Shown in pieces: positions 7,346 to 15,635 of a stretch of DNA of 16,228 nucleotides (its first letter is position 1; each line of letters opens with the position of its first letter). The position numbers and the translations under genes were made by a program. The stretch comes from a virus. The DNA lies in the UHGV virus genome UHGV-1335354, one strand, 5' to 3'. Under the pieces are notes generated by a model that saw only the letters and a list, made by a program, of their open reading frames with translations, searched no databases and was not told where the DNA came from.

Positions 7346-7430
7346 AGCGCCTTGCGCCAGTTACACATCCCTTACGGTCGGTGAATCCTAAATAGCCAAC
7401 TACCTGGTAACGGTGCATTGTATTTGAGAA

Positions 7431-7486
7431 AACAGATCAGGAAAGACTTTCCAAAGGGTCTACTCGCCTGATCTGTTCTTCTTTTT
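7431..7486 (+). terminator. long-stem hairpin followed by a T-run: candidate rho-independent terminator
   Basis: Perfect 11-bp stem AACAGATCAGG / CCTGATCTGTT with a 25-nt loop, followed by CTTCTTTTT. Confidence 0.5.
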
Positions 7487-7591
7487 AGAACATATAACAA
7501 TGACTGATCATTCTTATATGCTCTTCTCATGAAAGTATATAATCAATGTTATGCTTAATTCGAACATTAAAACCCCCCTCTAATTAATATA

Positions 7592-7619
7592 GCCAGCCTA
7601 CCCGCTGGCATATTTTTAT
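7592..7619 (+). terminator. short hairpin plus T-run, second candidate terminator before the structural-like operon
   Basis: GCCAGC-ctaccc-GCTGGC followed by ATATTTTTA. Confidence 0.35.
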
Positions 7620-7656
7620 AAGTGGAAAACAAATCTGTTATAAATGGGACCACTCC

Positions 7657-7860
7657 ATGAAAAAACAAGACATGATAATCAGTAAAGACGGGGAAACGAT
7701 GACTGTTAGTGATGAAAACATCCTTAAAGTTGCCGCACTGTTGGGAGTTACTCCCGAAAGTCTTCGCTCTACTACTGAACAATTGTTTAAATCTGCTAAT
7801 AATGCGGAAACACCCGCACAGGCTATTTTAAACCGAATCACACAACTGAAAGGAAAATAA
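7657..7860 (+). CDS. hypothetical small protein (67 aa), first gene of the structural-like operon
   Basis: ATG-initiated; predicted largely helical C-terminal half; scaffold-like role is speculation. Confidence 0.45.
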   Translation: MKKQDMIISKDGETMTVSDENILKVAALLGVTPESLRSTTEQLFKSANNAETPAQAILNRITQLKGK

Positions 7861-7865
7861 TATAT

Positions 7866-8252
7866 ATGGCTAACCCATACGGCGTTAAATTCGCCCCTGT
7901 AAACGCGAGCAATGACCTTGTGCGTTGCAAAATTATCGCCTATTCCGGCGATCCCCTGCTGCAAGACCGTTTAATCACACTGGCGGCACCACTGACAGAA
8001 GATGTTATTGTCGGTGATCTGCTGAAAGCTGATGGCACCAAAGCAACCGCCGCCGCTGATATCGCTTACGTCGCTGTAGAACCTTCGTTTGCAGGTCAGG
8101 AAAGCGTAGTGGTTGCACATCCTACTTTCGTTATTCTGGCGCGTGCTGGTATCGAATTTAACGGCATGGCAGAAGAAAGCGTGATCTCAAAACTGCAATC
8201 TATTGGTTTCGTGATCGCTGGTTATTCCGAAGCTGCAATCCCTACTACTTAA
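7866..8252 (+). CDS. possible phage head decoration-like protein (128 aa)
   Basis: Size, position directly upstream of the capsid-sized gene, and a loose pattern resemblance to lambda gpD/SHP-type decoration proteins; E. coli-like codon usage. Assignment unverified. Confidence 0.55.
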   Translation: MANPYGVKFAPVNASNDLVRCKIIAYSGDPLLQDRLITLAAPLTEDVIVGDLLKADGTKATAAADIAYVAVEPSFAGQESVVVAHPTFVILARAGIEFNGMAEESVISKLQSIGFVIAGYSEAAIPTT

Positions 8253-8270
8253 TATAAGGAAATATAAATA

Positions 8271-9305
8271 ATGAATATTCAAGAATTATTTGGTCGTCAG
8301 GCGAGCGTAGTAAGCCCATTCGAATATGAGCAAGGCTTAAACCTGCTGTTCTCTTCCCTGGAGATCTTTGATAAGCAATCTCACAGCACTAACAGTATTC
8401 TTCTGACTACTGCAATTGAAAGCTTTATGCAGATTGCAAATGAGCAAGAACCCTACGCACAAAGTCAGTGGGACTCAAGCAAGCGCGGCACCTTCTCAAA
8501 CGTAATGTTTGAAATGAAGCACCTTGCAACCATCAACAGCGTGACAAGTCGTGATCTTGAACAGTACAGCCGTAAAAATCTTTCTACTGCTGACTCTATG
8601 CTGCTGGCGATCAATGATTTTGCTAATCAGCATTACCGCTCACATGAGAACGCTGTAGAACGTGATCTGCTGCGTGCAATCCTCACGCTGAAAGTAGAAT
8701 CTCAATTTGCAGGTCAAGGTGATATTGATTTGCTGGAAGGTGACGCTAAAACCGTAGCGCCTGCAATTGACTTCACAAGCACTACCGTAAACCCTTACCG
8801 TGCACTGGCTAAGATTGTTCGTCAACAGTCTAACATTCTGGGCGAATCCCTTGCGGCTAAACGTTCCGGTGTTCTTGTGCTGGCTGCTGGCGGCGCTGCT
8901 GATGGTCTGCGTTACAACGATATGCTGAAAGATCAGGTTGTTTACTCCAGCAATGCACAGGCAAGCGCGGCAGTAACTAAGATCGTAGCTGATAACCCAG
9001 CGTATGATGCTTTCCAGCTTGCACAGGTGACTGTTATTGATGTTAGTGACTTCCCGTCAATCGTTGCAGAAATCGGTGAAAATGGTTTGGTTGTGATCCC
9101 GCTGTTCCCTGCTGATGTTCAAGCTTACGTGCTGCATACAGGCGTCGCGGTCCGTCATGCCGAACACGGTAAAGATGCGGAAACACATCACCAATATCTG
9201 ACACAGGATCAGTTTATGTTCCCGTCAGTGTGCACCGAAACGGCTTACCTGCCATTCATTCAGAAAGTAGTTGCTAAAGCGATTATCTTCTCTGAAGCAC
9301 AGTAA
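8271..9305 (+). CDS. possible major capsid protein of the lambda gpE-like family (344 aa)
   Basis: AAGGAA Shine-Dalgarno; length matches gpE (~341 aa); N-terminal segment QELF...FEYEQGLNLLF resembles the gpE N-terminus as I recall it; follows the decoration-like gene as in lambda D-E order. No alignment run. Confidence 0.6.
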   Translation: MNIQELFGRQASVVSPFEYEQGLNLLFSSLEIFDKQSHSTNSILLTTAIESFMQIANEQEPYAQSQWDSSKRGTFSNVMFEMKHLATINSVTSRDLEQYSRKNLSTADSMLLAINDFANQHYRSHENAVERDLLRAILTLKVESQFAGQGDIDLLEGDAKTVAPAIDFTSTTVNPYRALAKIVRQQSNILGESLAAKRSGVLVLAAGGAADGLRYNDMLKDQVVYSSNAQASAAVTKIVADNPAYDAFQLAQVTVIDVSDFPSIVAEIGENGLVVIPLFPADVQAYVLHTGVAVRHAEHGKDAETHHQYLTQDQFMFPSVCTETAYLPFIQKVVAKAIIFSEAQ

Positions 9306-9347
9306 GAATAATAACGCTCCAGCACGTTAAAAAATAATGCTGGCGAT

Positions 9348-9414
9348 AAAGGGCAAAAGGGATTAACTAACCTGTAAAGCAAATACAGTAACGGATCTCT
9401 TTGCCCTTTTTTCG
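9348..9414 (+). terminator. long hairpin (AAGGGCAAA ... TTTGCCCTT) followed by a T-run downstream of the capsid-like gene
   Basis: 9-bp perfect stem with ~42-nt loop then TTTTTCGTTT; an inner 6-bp inverted repeat CCAGCA/TGCTGG lies at 9318-9342. Confidence 0.4.
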
Positions 9415-9448
9415 TTTATACCGTCTATTAAATATTGAGAGAAAAATC

Positions 9449-9649
9449 ATGAGCGAACAAAACAAACAAGTAGAATTATATAAAGCAGTGCGCACACTGG
9501 CAGAAAACACCGATGAATCCATTGTAAACGTTAGCGCCTTATGCCGTTTTCTGGATGTGGATCATAATCGTGTGCGTCAATATGCACATTACCACAATGT
9601 AAGTGCAATCGCGGCTATTCAGTATGTGATGAATAACCCTGTAAAATAA
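9449..9649 (+). CDS. hypothetical small protein (66 aa); ORF track start 9401 is a TTG inside the upstream hairpin
   Basis: ATG at 9449 preceded by GAGAGAAAAATC; no family recognised. Confidence 0.45.
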   Translation: MSEQNKQVELYKAVRTLAENTDESIVNVSALCRFLDVDHNRVRQYAHYHNVSAIAAIQYVMNNPVK

Positions 9650-9667
9650 TAAAAGGAGTACCCAACA

Positions 9668-11515
9668 ATGAGTTTAGATATTTCTGTATCTACTTTAAAA
9701 AATACAGTAACCTTTGTTACCGATCATAAAAGCCTGAATAAAGCTAAAGCAGAAGTTGAAAAACTCCGTAAGCAAATGTCAGCCGTGAAAGACGTAGAAA
9801 TACGTGTTAAGACACACAAACAATCAACAGCTAAAACAAAAAAAGACGTAGACGATATTGCTAAAAAGCAAGCACAGGTAGATAAGGCAAATCTCAAAGC
9901 ACAAAAAGCGGCTCAACGTGTAGCGGCGCGAGAACAAAAAGCCCTGGCAGCACGCAAAGAGAAAGCAGAATTAAAACTGTTAGATGTTGGATCAAGTATT
10001 AGTGCAATGAATCGTCTTAATGTGTCTGAACAATACAAAGCTATTGCACAAGCTAAAGCTATTGCACACGAATATGAGAAGGGCGCTATTAGCCTGGCAC
10101 GTATGAATAGCCAAATGAAACGACTTCAACAGCAACAACGTAAGATTAACGGCAATCGTAACGCTCATGCTAAAGCTTATGCACCTGTTAAGGGTAGCGG
10201 GAGTATTGGCGGCGGTGCTGCTGCTGTTATGCTGGGCGGCTTAGGCGCTGGCGCTGCATTCTTGGCTATGAGTAAAGCAAACGAATTCGTTGCTAATAGT
10301 TTTGCCAATGCTGAGACACAAGGTGAATTATATAGCCGTGCGAAGCTGGGCGGTGTAGACGTTAACCAGATGAATAATATTGAGCAATGGGCGTATAAAA
10401 ACGGCGTTGATTCAATGATGGGCGAACAAGGGAAACGTAAATACCTCGACCAAATGAAAGATGTGCGTGAACGTGCAACCAAATCTTATGATGAGACTGA
10501 ATATGTAGTTGATAAAAAAACTGGTAAAGGGGAATGGAAGGGCGGCGATTCAGGTATTAATACTTTATTAAACGAAGGTTTCTTAACTAAGAAAGATTTA
10601 AAAGACTTCGCTAATAATCCGGCAGGTTTAATAAGTAAAGCAACACAAGGAATGGTGGCGAAAGGTTATTCTGATGCACAGGTGGGGTCACGGCTTGAAG
10701 ACCTGGGAGATGACCTTATGTTGACCTCCAAATATTGGACACGATCCGCTAAAGAAGTGGAACAATCAGCCCGTGAACAAAAAGAATCAGGACGCTGGAT
10801 AACGCAGGCACAACAGGAAAGCGTGATTAAATTCCGTGAACTGAATAATGCACTTACCGGACTTTCTGACTCACAAGGGATCGCCTTTGTTGATGGCTTT
10901 ATGAAATCTCTCGATCCTGCTGTGATTGAAGAATTTAAAAAGAGCATGGTTGCAATGCTGCCAATGTTTACCAAATTGGGCGAGGCTGTAGGGGGGCTGC
11001 TTAATGCGATCATGAAAACTATCAACTGGTTGATGAAAAATGACGAGAAGACGGCAGCTATTCAGAAGAATTTAGGTGATGCCCCTCCTTTAAGTAATGA
11101 AGGAATGAAGAAGAATTTAGATAATCTCACTCCTGATCAATATAAAGGCGCTGGCACTGCAACAACTGCACCGGATAATAGTAACTCTCTGTTTAATACT
11201 ATTAAGGGCTTTTTTGTTAATGGTGATGATTCTCCTTCTGGCGGTCAGGCTGCAATGCAATATGACGTTACAGGGCAAAACATTGCCAACCTGAAAAACA
11301 GTGCTGCACAGCAAGCTATGCAAGCTCCAGCCTACACATTTGCGCCTGTTCTCAATTTTGCACCTGAATTACAAGTTAATGCACAAGTGCCGCTAACTAT
11401 TCAGAGTGATACCGGACGATTGAGCGATTATATCGACTTCAAATCTAAAGCCTCTGCCGCTGAGTTTAGCAAGCTATTAACCCTGGGCGTTATGTCAGGC
11501 GGGTCAACCTATTAA
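9668..11515 (+). CDS. coiled-coil, glycine-rich protein (615 aa), tape-measure-like
   Basis: AAGGAG Shine-Dalgarno; N-terminal ~160 aa K/A/Q/E-rich coiled-coil-like; Gly/Ala hydrophobic segment GSGSIGGGAAAVMLGGLGAGAAFLAMS; no enzymatic motif or Walker A seen. Confidence 0.6.
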   Translation: MSLDISVSTLKNTVTFVTDHKSLNKAKAEVEKLRKQMSAVKDVEIRVKTHKQSTAKTKKDVDDIAKKQAQVDKANLKAQKAAQRVAAREQKALAARKEKAELKLLDVGSSISAMNRLNVSEQYKAIAQAKAIAHEYEKGAISLARMNSQMKRLQQQQRKINGNRNAHAKAYAPVKGSGSIGGGAAAVMLGGLGAGAAFLAMSKANEFVANSFANAETQGELYSRAKLGGVDVNQMNNIEQWAYKNGVDSMMGEQGKRKYLDQMKDVRERATKSYDETEYVVDKKTGKGEWKGGDSGINTLLNEGFLTKKDLKDFANNPAGLISKATQGMVAKGYSDAQVGSRLEDLGDDLMLTSKYWTRSAKEVEQSAREQKESGRWITQAQQESVIKFRELNNALTGLSDSQGIAFVDGFMKSLDPAVIEEFKKSMVAMLPMFTKLGEAVGGLLNAIMKTINWLMKNDEKTAAIQKNLGDAPPLSNEGMKKNLDNLTPDQYKGAGTATTAPDNSNSLFNTIKGFFVNGDDSPSGGQAAMQYDVTGQNIANLKNSAAQQAMQAPAYTFAPVLNFAPELQVNAQVPLTIQSDTGRLSDYIDFKSKASAAEFSKLLTLGVMSGGSTY

Positions 11516-11562
11516 TCATCGCTGTGGGGCTGTTTAGCCCCCTTAAATAAGGATTACAAATT

Positions 11563-12240
11563 ATGGCTTATGGTGCTTTAACCATCGGACGACCGACAGA
11601 ATCACAAGTAAACAGCACAAGTAACGATTCTAACGCGAAAGCGACGAAAGGACAGAACGGTTTCGCTATCATCACCTCTAACCTCGGCAGTGGTGCTAAT
11701 GCTGCGTATGCAGAGTATCAAGCTCTCAGCTTTGACAGCGTGGAATCGACAAAAGTTAGTCGCAATGCGGACGTAACAAGCTATGCCGTTCAGGATGGGG
11801 CTATGGTGTCCGATCACATCCAGATCAAGAACAATAAGTTTTCATTGCAAGGGCGCGTAAGTGAAACAGTATTGAAGCTTAACCCTGATATGCTTAAGAA
11901 CGCGGGTATTAACGGCAATCGTAGAATGCTTATGCTTGAATACCTAAATCAGATCATGGACTCACGCCAGCCCTTCATGTTGATAACAGAACATCGTAAT
12001 TTTGACAATGTGGTGCTGGTTGGGATTGATTACGAAGAAGAAGCCAGCGAATCATTGCTCTTTAATCTTGAATTCGAACAAATACGCCTTGTGAGCTATG
12101 CAACCACTAACGCTATTGCTACAAAGACACAGAGCAATAAATCGACAGGTGGCAGTGTTAAAACTAAGGTTAACCCGACACCACAAAAAGCACCTACGAG
12201 TACAGGTGAGGACGTTATAACGCCAGTATTTAAACAATAA
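11563..12240 (+). CDS. hypothetical protein (225 aa), last gene of the structural-like operon
   Basis: AAGGA Shine-Dalgarno; followed by a hairpin; no family recognised. Confidence 0.55.
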   Translation: MAYGALTIGRPTESQVNSTSNDSNAKATKGQNGFAIITSNLGSGANAAYAEYQALSFDSVESTKVSRNADVTSYAVQDGAMVSDHIQIKNNKFSLQGRVSETVLKLNPDMLKNAGINGNRRMLMLEYLNQIMDSRQPFMLITEHRNFDNVVLVGIDYEEEASESLLFNLEFEQIRLVSYATTNAIATKTQSNKSTGGSVKTKVNPTPQKAPTSTGEDVITPVFKQ

Positions 12241-12282
12241 CAATAGCGGTACTATAAAATGCTCCGTAACGAGATAATCCTA

Positions 12283-12313
12283 AAAGAGGCTCCCATTACA
12301 AGGAAGCCTCTTT
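12283..12313. terminator. hairpin between convergent genes (AAAGAGGCT ... AGCCTCTTT), candidate bidirectional terminator
   Basis: 9-bp perfect stem with 13-nt loop, T-rich 3' flank, between stop at 12240 (+) and stop at 12334 (-). Confidence 0.5.
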
Positions 12314-12333
12314 ATTGCGCCTATGGCGTTGTT

Positions 12334-13554
12334 TTAAGCCTTAAAATCAATATTTAATTCATATCTTACTAATTCTACATATTCAGCTAATTCTTGAATG
12401 CTTGCCCCTTGTGAGTAGGTGCGAAAGGCTTCTGTTTTAGCTATCTGCTCTGTATGTCCGGTAATGGCTCCGATCCGCTGTTCAGGCACTCCGGCACGAT
12501 CAAGACAAGTGATAAACATCCCGCGCAAGCTGTGAAAGCATTGTCTATTTGTAGCGATTGGCAAGACGCTACGACGTAAACGTGAGAATGCTTGAGAATA
12601 GAAAGGGCCTTTCTTACCGTCGATTCTTTTTACTTTGTTCGAGTGAGGGAACAAATATTCACCATAATTATGATTTAAATATTCATCGACAATAATCGAT
12701 AGTCTCGAATGTATCGGAACGTGCCTGATCCCTGCTTTAGTCTTACTTTTGCTGATATAAAAACAGCGTATTCCTTCCACAGTTACAACTTCTGACTTTT
12801 TCAGGCTTGCCAGTTCGTCTAATCTGCATCCTGAAAACAAGCCCATTAAAATAATATTTCTGATCTCCGGCTCCGCTGCATCAAGTAGCTTTTGCATTTG
12901 TTCAGGTGTAAACGGTTGATAACTCTCGATTGTGCGACGTGCTTCGAGGTTATGACCGTGAAAAGGGTTACTGTCTGGTATTCCGTCATAACGGCGTTTA
13001 GCAAATTCATAGAGCGATCCTAAGCATGTAAGCCAGTTTTGACGAGATTGATCGGCTGCTCCTCGTTGCTTCTGGTCATCTAAGAATACTGTTACAAGCC
13101 GTCTGCCTATTTTCTCAATATGAATATCATCTTTCTGAATGCTTTGTAAAAATAGCTCAACGGCCCTTGCTGATTTCTGTAGTGTTGAGTATGAACGACG
13201 CTCTCTGTAGCATTCGGCGTATTCGTCACGTATTAGGCACAGGGAAGGCGATGCATAACCGCGTTTTACGGCTCTTTGCGTGTTTTTATTGGCCCTTGCC
13301 TCTGAATGTAAGGATTCAATAGCTTGTTGTAACCTCCTTTCGGGGTTATCAGGATTATGTTTCCGCTTTAGTTCCTCCCATTCTAATAATAGATGGTTTC
13401 TGAATCTTCTCGCCTCATTCAGATCTCGTGTAGATGTGCTTTTTCTCCACAACTTGTAAGGGTAAAGATGACGTAAGTATTTAGGAACAAAAATCTGAAA
13501 CATCCAGATCCCATCTTTTCTCTTAAATAAGTATGCTTGGCTCTTGATCGACAC
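12334..13554 (-). CDS. int: tyrosine-type site-specific integrase (406 aa), GTG start
   Basis: C-terminal catalytic-domain signature: Arg in GCRLDE, HSLRG box, ITGH, terminal Tyr region; AGAGGA Shine-Dalgarno 8 nt before GTG; lies 86 bp inside the right direct repeat. Confidence 0.9.
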   Translation of the reverse strand: MSIKSQAYLFKRKDGIWMFQIFVPKYLRHLYPYKLWRKSTSTRDLNEARRFRNHLLLEWEELKRKHNPDNPERRLQQAIESLHSEARANKNTQRAVKRGYASPSLCLIRDEYAECYRERRSYSTLQKSARAVELFLQSIQKDDIHIEKIGRRLVTVFLDDQKQRGAADQSRQNWLTCLGSLYEFAKRRYDGIPDSNPFHGHNLEARRTIESYQPFTPEQMQKLLDAAEPEIRNIILMGLFSGCRLDELASLKKSEVVTVEGIRCFYISKSKTKAGIRHVPIHSRLSIIVDEYLNHNYGEYLFPHSNKVKRIDGKKGPFYSQAFSRLRRSVLPIATNRQCFHSLRGMFITCLDRAGVPEQRIGAITGHTEQIAKTEAFRTYSQGASIQELAEYVELVRYELNIDFKA

Positions 13555-13631
13555 GATAATGATCCTCTATTATCACGTAATCAGTTACCTATGATTGATC
13601 ACAAAATCTTTATTTTACAGCAGGTTATTAT

Positions 13632-13661
13632 GGGTTTCCTCGATTCCCTTCGCCCGCTCCA
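13632..13661 (+). repeat. attR: direct repeat of the tRNA-Gly 3' end
   Basis: 13640-13661 is identical (22/22) to tRNA positions 34-55 (TCGATTCCCTTCGCCCGCTCCA); upstream GGGTT also matches with a 3-4 bp insertion. Confidence 0.85.
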
Positions 13662-13893
13662 ATTTATCTTCACCTCATCAATCTGCCATTTTTGCTGTAT
13701 CTGATTTTCTATATTATCTTAATTCAATCGCTTCAGACTTTTCGCAATCGCCGTAATACTTCCCCATTTTTTTGTAAATAAAAGCGTTTACGCAATGCAA
13801 TCCATTTGTAACAACCCAGGTAAAATACCTTATTTTCAAGTTGTTAAATAAGTGGTTATCTACGCTTTTAACAAACGATTGATGGAATATTTT

Positions 13894-15504
13894 ATGAAAG
13901 GGAAATCTGCATTAACTCTTCTGCTCGCTGGTATATTTTCGTGCGGCACATGCCAGGCGACAGGGGCAGAAGTGACGAGTGAATCTGTATTTAACATTCT
14001 TAATTCCACGGGGGCAGCAACTGATAAAAGTTATTTATCGTTAAATCCAGATAAGTATCCTAATTATCGTCTTCTGATTCACTCAGCCAAATTAAAAAAT
14101 GAAATAAAGAGCCACTATACCAAAGACGAAATTCAAGGGTTGTTAACATTAACAGAAAACACACGAAAGTTAACGTTGACGGAGAAACCCTGGGGAACAT
14201 TTATTCTTGCTTCTACTTTCGAAGATGACAAAACAGCGGCAGAAACCCACTATGATGCTGTCTGGCTGAGGGATAGTTTATGGGGCTATATGGCATTAGT
14301 ATCAGATCAGGGAAATAGTGTAGCCGCAAAAAAGGTTCTGCTCACCCTGTGGGATTATATGTCTACGCCCGACCAGATTAAGCGGATGCAGGACGTCATT
14401 AGCAACCCCAAACGACTGGATGGAGTTCCCGGGCAAATGAATGCTGTGCATATCCGATTTGACAGCAACTCCCCCGTGATGGCAGATGTGCAGGAAGAAG
14501 GCAAGCCGCAGCTGTGGAACCATAAACAAAATGATGCGTTAGGTCTTTATCTTGATCTCCTTATACAAGCAATCGACACTGGTACAATTAACGCTGAAGA
14601 TTGGCAAAAAGGTGACCGATTAAAATCGGTTGCGCTGCTGATTGCTTATCTGGATAAAGCCAATTTCTATGTTATGGAAGATTCCGGAGCGTGGGAAGAA
14701 GATGCCAGATTAAACACATCTTCCGTTGCACTGGTGACCTCTGGACTGGAACGTTTGTCGAACTTACTCTCGAAGAAAGACTCTGTTTTTGTCTCTGATT
14801 TACTACGCGAAGCTAAAGCCAATGAACTGGATGAACCTCTTTCAACAACGAGGTTGAACCACCTCATAGATAAAGGTTATGAAAGAATAACGTTACAGCT
14901 TGATTTAGGGGGAGAATCCCCAGGTTATCTGGAAAAAGATAAACATTACAGAGAAGCCGATGCGGCTTTACTTAATGTTATTTATCCTGCAAATCTTTCA
15001 AAGATAAATACCAGAAGAAAAGAGCAAGTTCTAAAAATAGTTAAAAAACTAGCAGGTCCGTATGGTATAAAAAGATACGAGAAGGATAATTATCAGTCGG
15101 CAAATTTTTGGTTCAATGATATTAAAACCGATACCGATCAAAATTCACATGCAAAAAGAGAAATGAGCTTCATTCCATCAACAGAAGCAGAATGGTTTTT
15201 TGACTCATGGTATGCAAAATCAGCAGCAATTGTTTATAAAGAATCAAGAAAAGAAGAGTATTTGAATGACTCAGTGCAATTTATGAATAGATCATTGGCC
15301 CAAATAACAGGCGAGAATATGATTGGTGCAAATGGCAGGAGCGTACCAGAAATGGCACTTCCCGAAAGCTATAACTATATCCACAAGTCGGGAACTTTGC
15401 ATGAAGCGCCAAGCCCTATCATTCCGCTAAATTGGTCGAAAGCTTCAATGACTCTCATGTTGAAAGAGATGTCCAATCTTATCAATGATGAGGGAATTAA
15501 ATAG
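13894..15504 (+). CDS. secreted or lipid-anchored glycoside hydrolase family 15-like protein (glucoamylase-like); alternative starts at 13852 (GTG) and 13882
   Basis: Signal peptide MKGKSALTLLLAGIFSCGTCQA; GH15-type motifs VWLRDS and EDSGAWEED...NTSS (WEE general-acid region). Lies outside the island. Confidence 0.65.
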   Translation: MKGKSALTLLLAGIFSCGTCQATGAEVTSESVFNILNSTGAATDKSYLSLNPDKYPNYRLLIHSAKLKNEIKSHYTKDEIQGLLTLTENTRKLTLTEKPWGTFILASTFEDDKTAAETHYDAVWLRDSLWGYMALVSDQGNSVAAKKVLLTLWDYMSTPDQIKRMQDVISNPKRLDGVPGQMNAVHIRFDSNSPVMADVQEEGKPQLWNHKQNDALGLYLDLLIQAIDTGTINAEDWQKGDRLKSVALLIAYLDKANFYVMEDSGAWEEDARLNTSSVALVTSGLERLSNLLSKKDSVFVSDLLREAKANELDEPLSTTRLNHLIDKGYERITLQLDLGGESPGYLEKDKHYREADAALLNVIYPANLSKINTRRKEQVLKIVKKLAGPYGIKRYEKDNYQSANFWFNDIKTDTDQNSHAKREMSFIPSTEAEWFFDSWYAKSAAIVYKESRKEEYLNDSVQFMNRSLAQITGENMIGANGRSVPEMALPESYNYIHKSGTLHEAPSPIIPLNWSKASMTLMLKEMSNLINDEGIK

Positions 15505-15635
15505 TTTTCATAATGAGTTACAGCACAACGTTGGGTATTGACTGAGCAAGATGAACGACAAGGACAACGACATCAGCCTTATGAGGAGCAAGAAAATGAA
15601 AGCAAATTCGAAAACGATCAGAAGGATGAAAGTTA

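Larger units (their letters stand above)
56..13661. mobile_element. tRNA-Gly-associated integrative island (~13.6 kb), phage-satellite-like or cryptic phage-like element
   Basis: Bounded by the tRNA 3' end and its 22-bp direct repeat; integrase at the attR-proximal end; serine recombinase, candidate DNA-binding regulators and capsid-like genes inside. Confidence 0.8.

Noticed and set aside
7300-7490. Retron msr-msd noncoding RNA
   Set aside because: Inverted repeats are present but there is no reverse transcriptase gene in the window.
7567-7964. Two minus-strand ORFs (71 and 108 aa) across the 67-aa and decoration-like genes
   Set aside because: Antisense to co-oriented, SD-preceded + strand genes with good codon usage.
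8640-12243. Minus-strand ORFs 8640-8825, 10177-10482, 10666-11025, 11117-11323, 11602-11817, 12052-12243
   Set aside because: All lie antisense within the long + strand structural-like genes and lack start context; the 10177-10482 translation is the Ala/Pro-rich mirror of the Gly/Ala-rich coding segment.
13640-13661. Second tRNA gene at the right end
   Set aside because: Only the last 22 nt of the tRNA are present and upstream sequence does not fold or match a tRNA; it is an att-site repeat.
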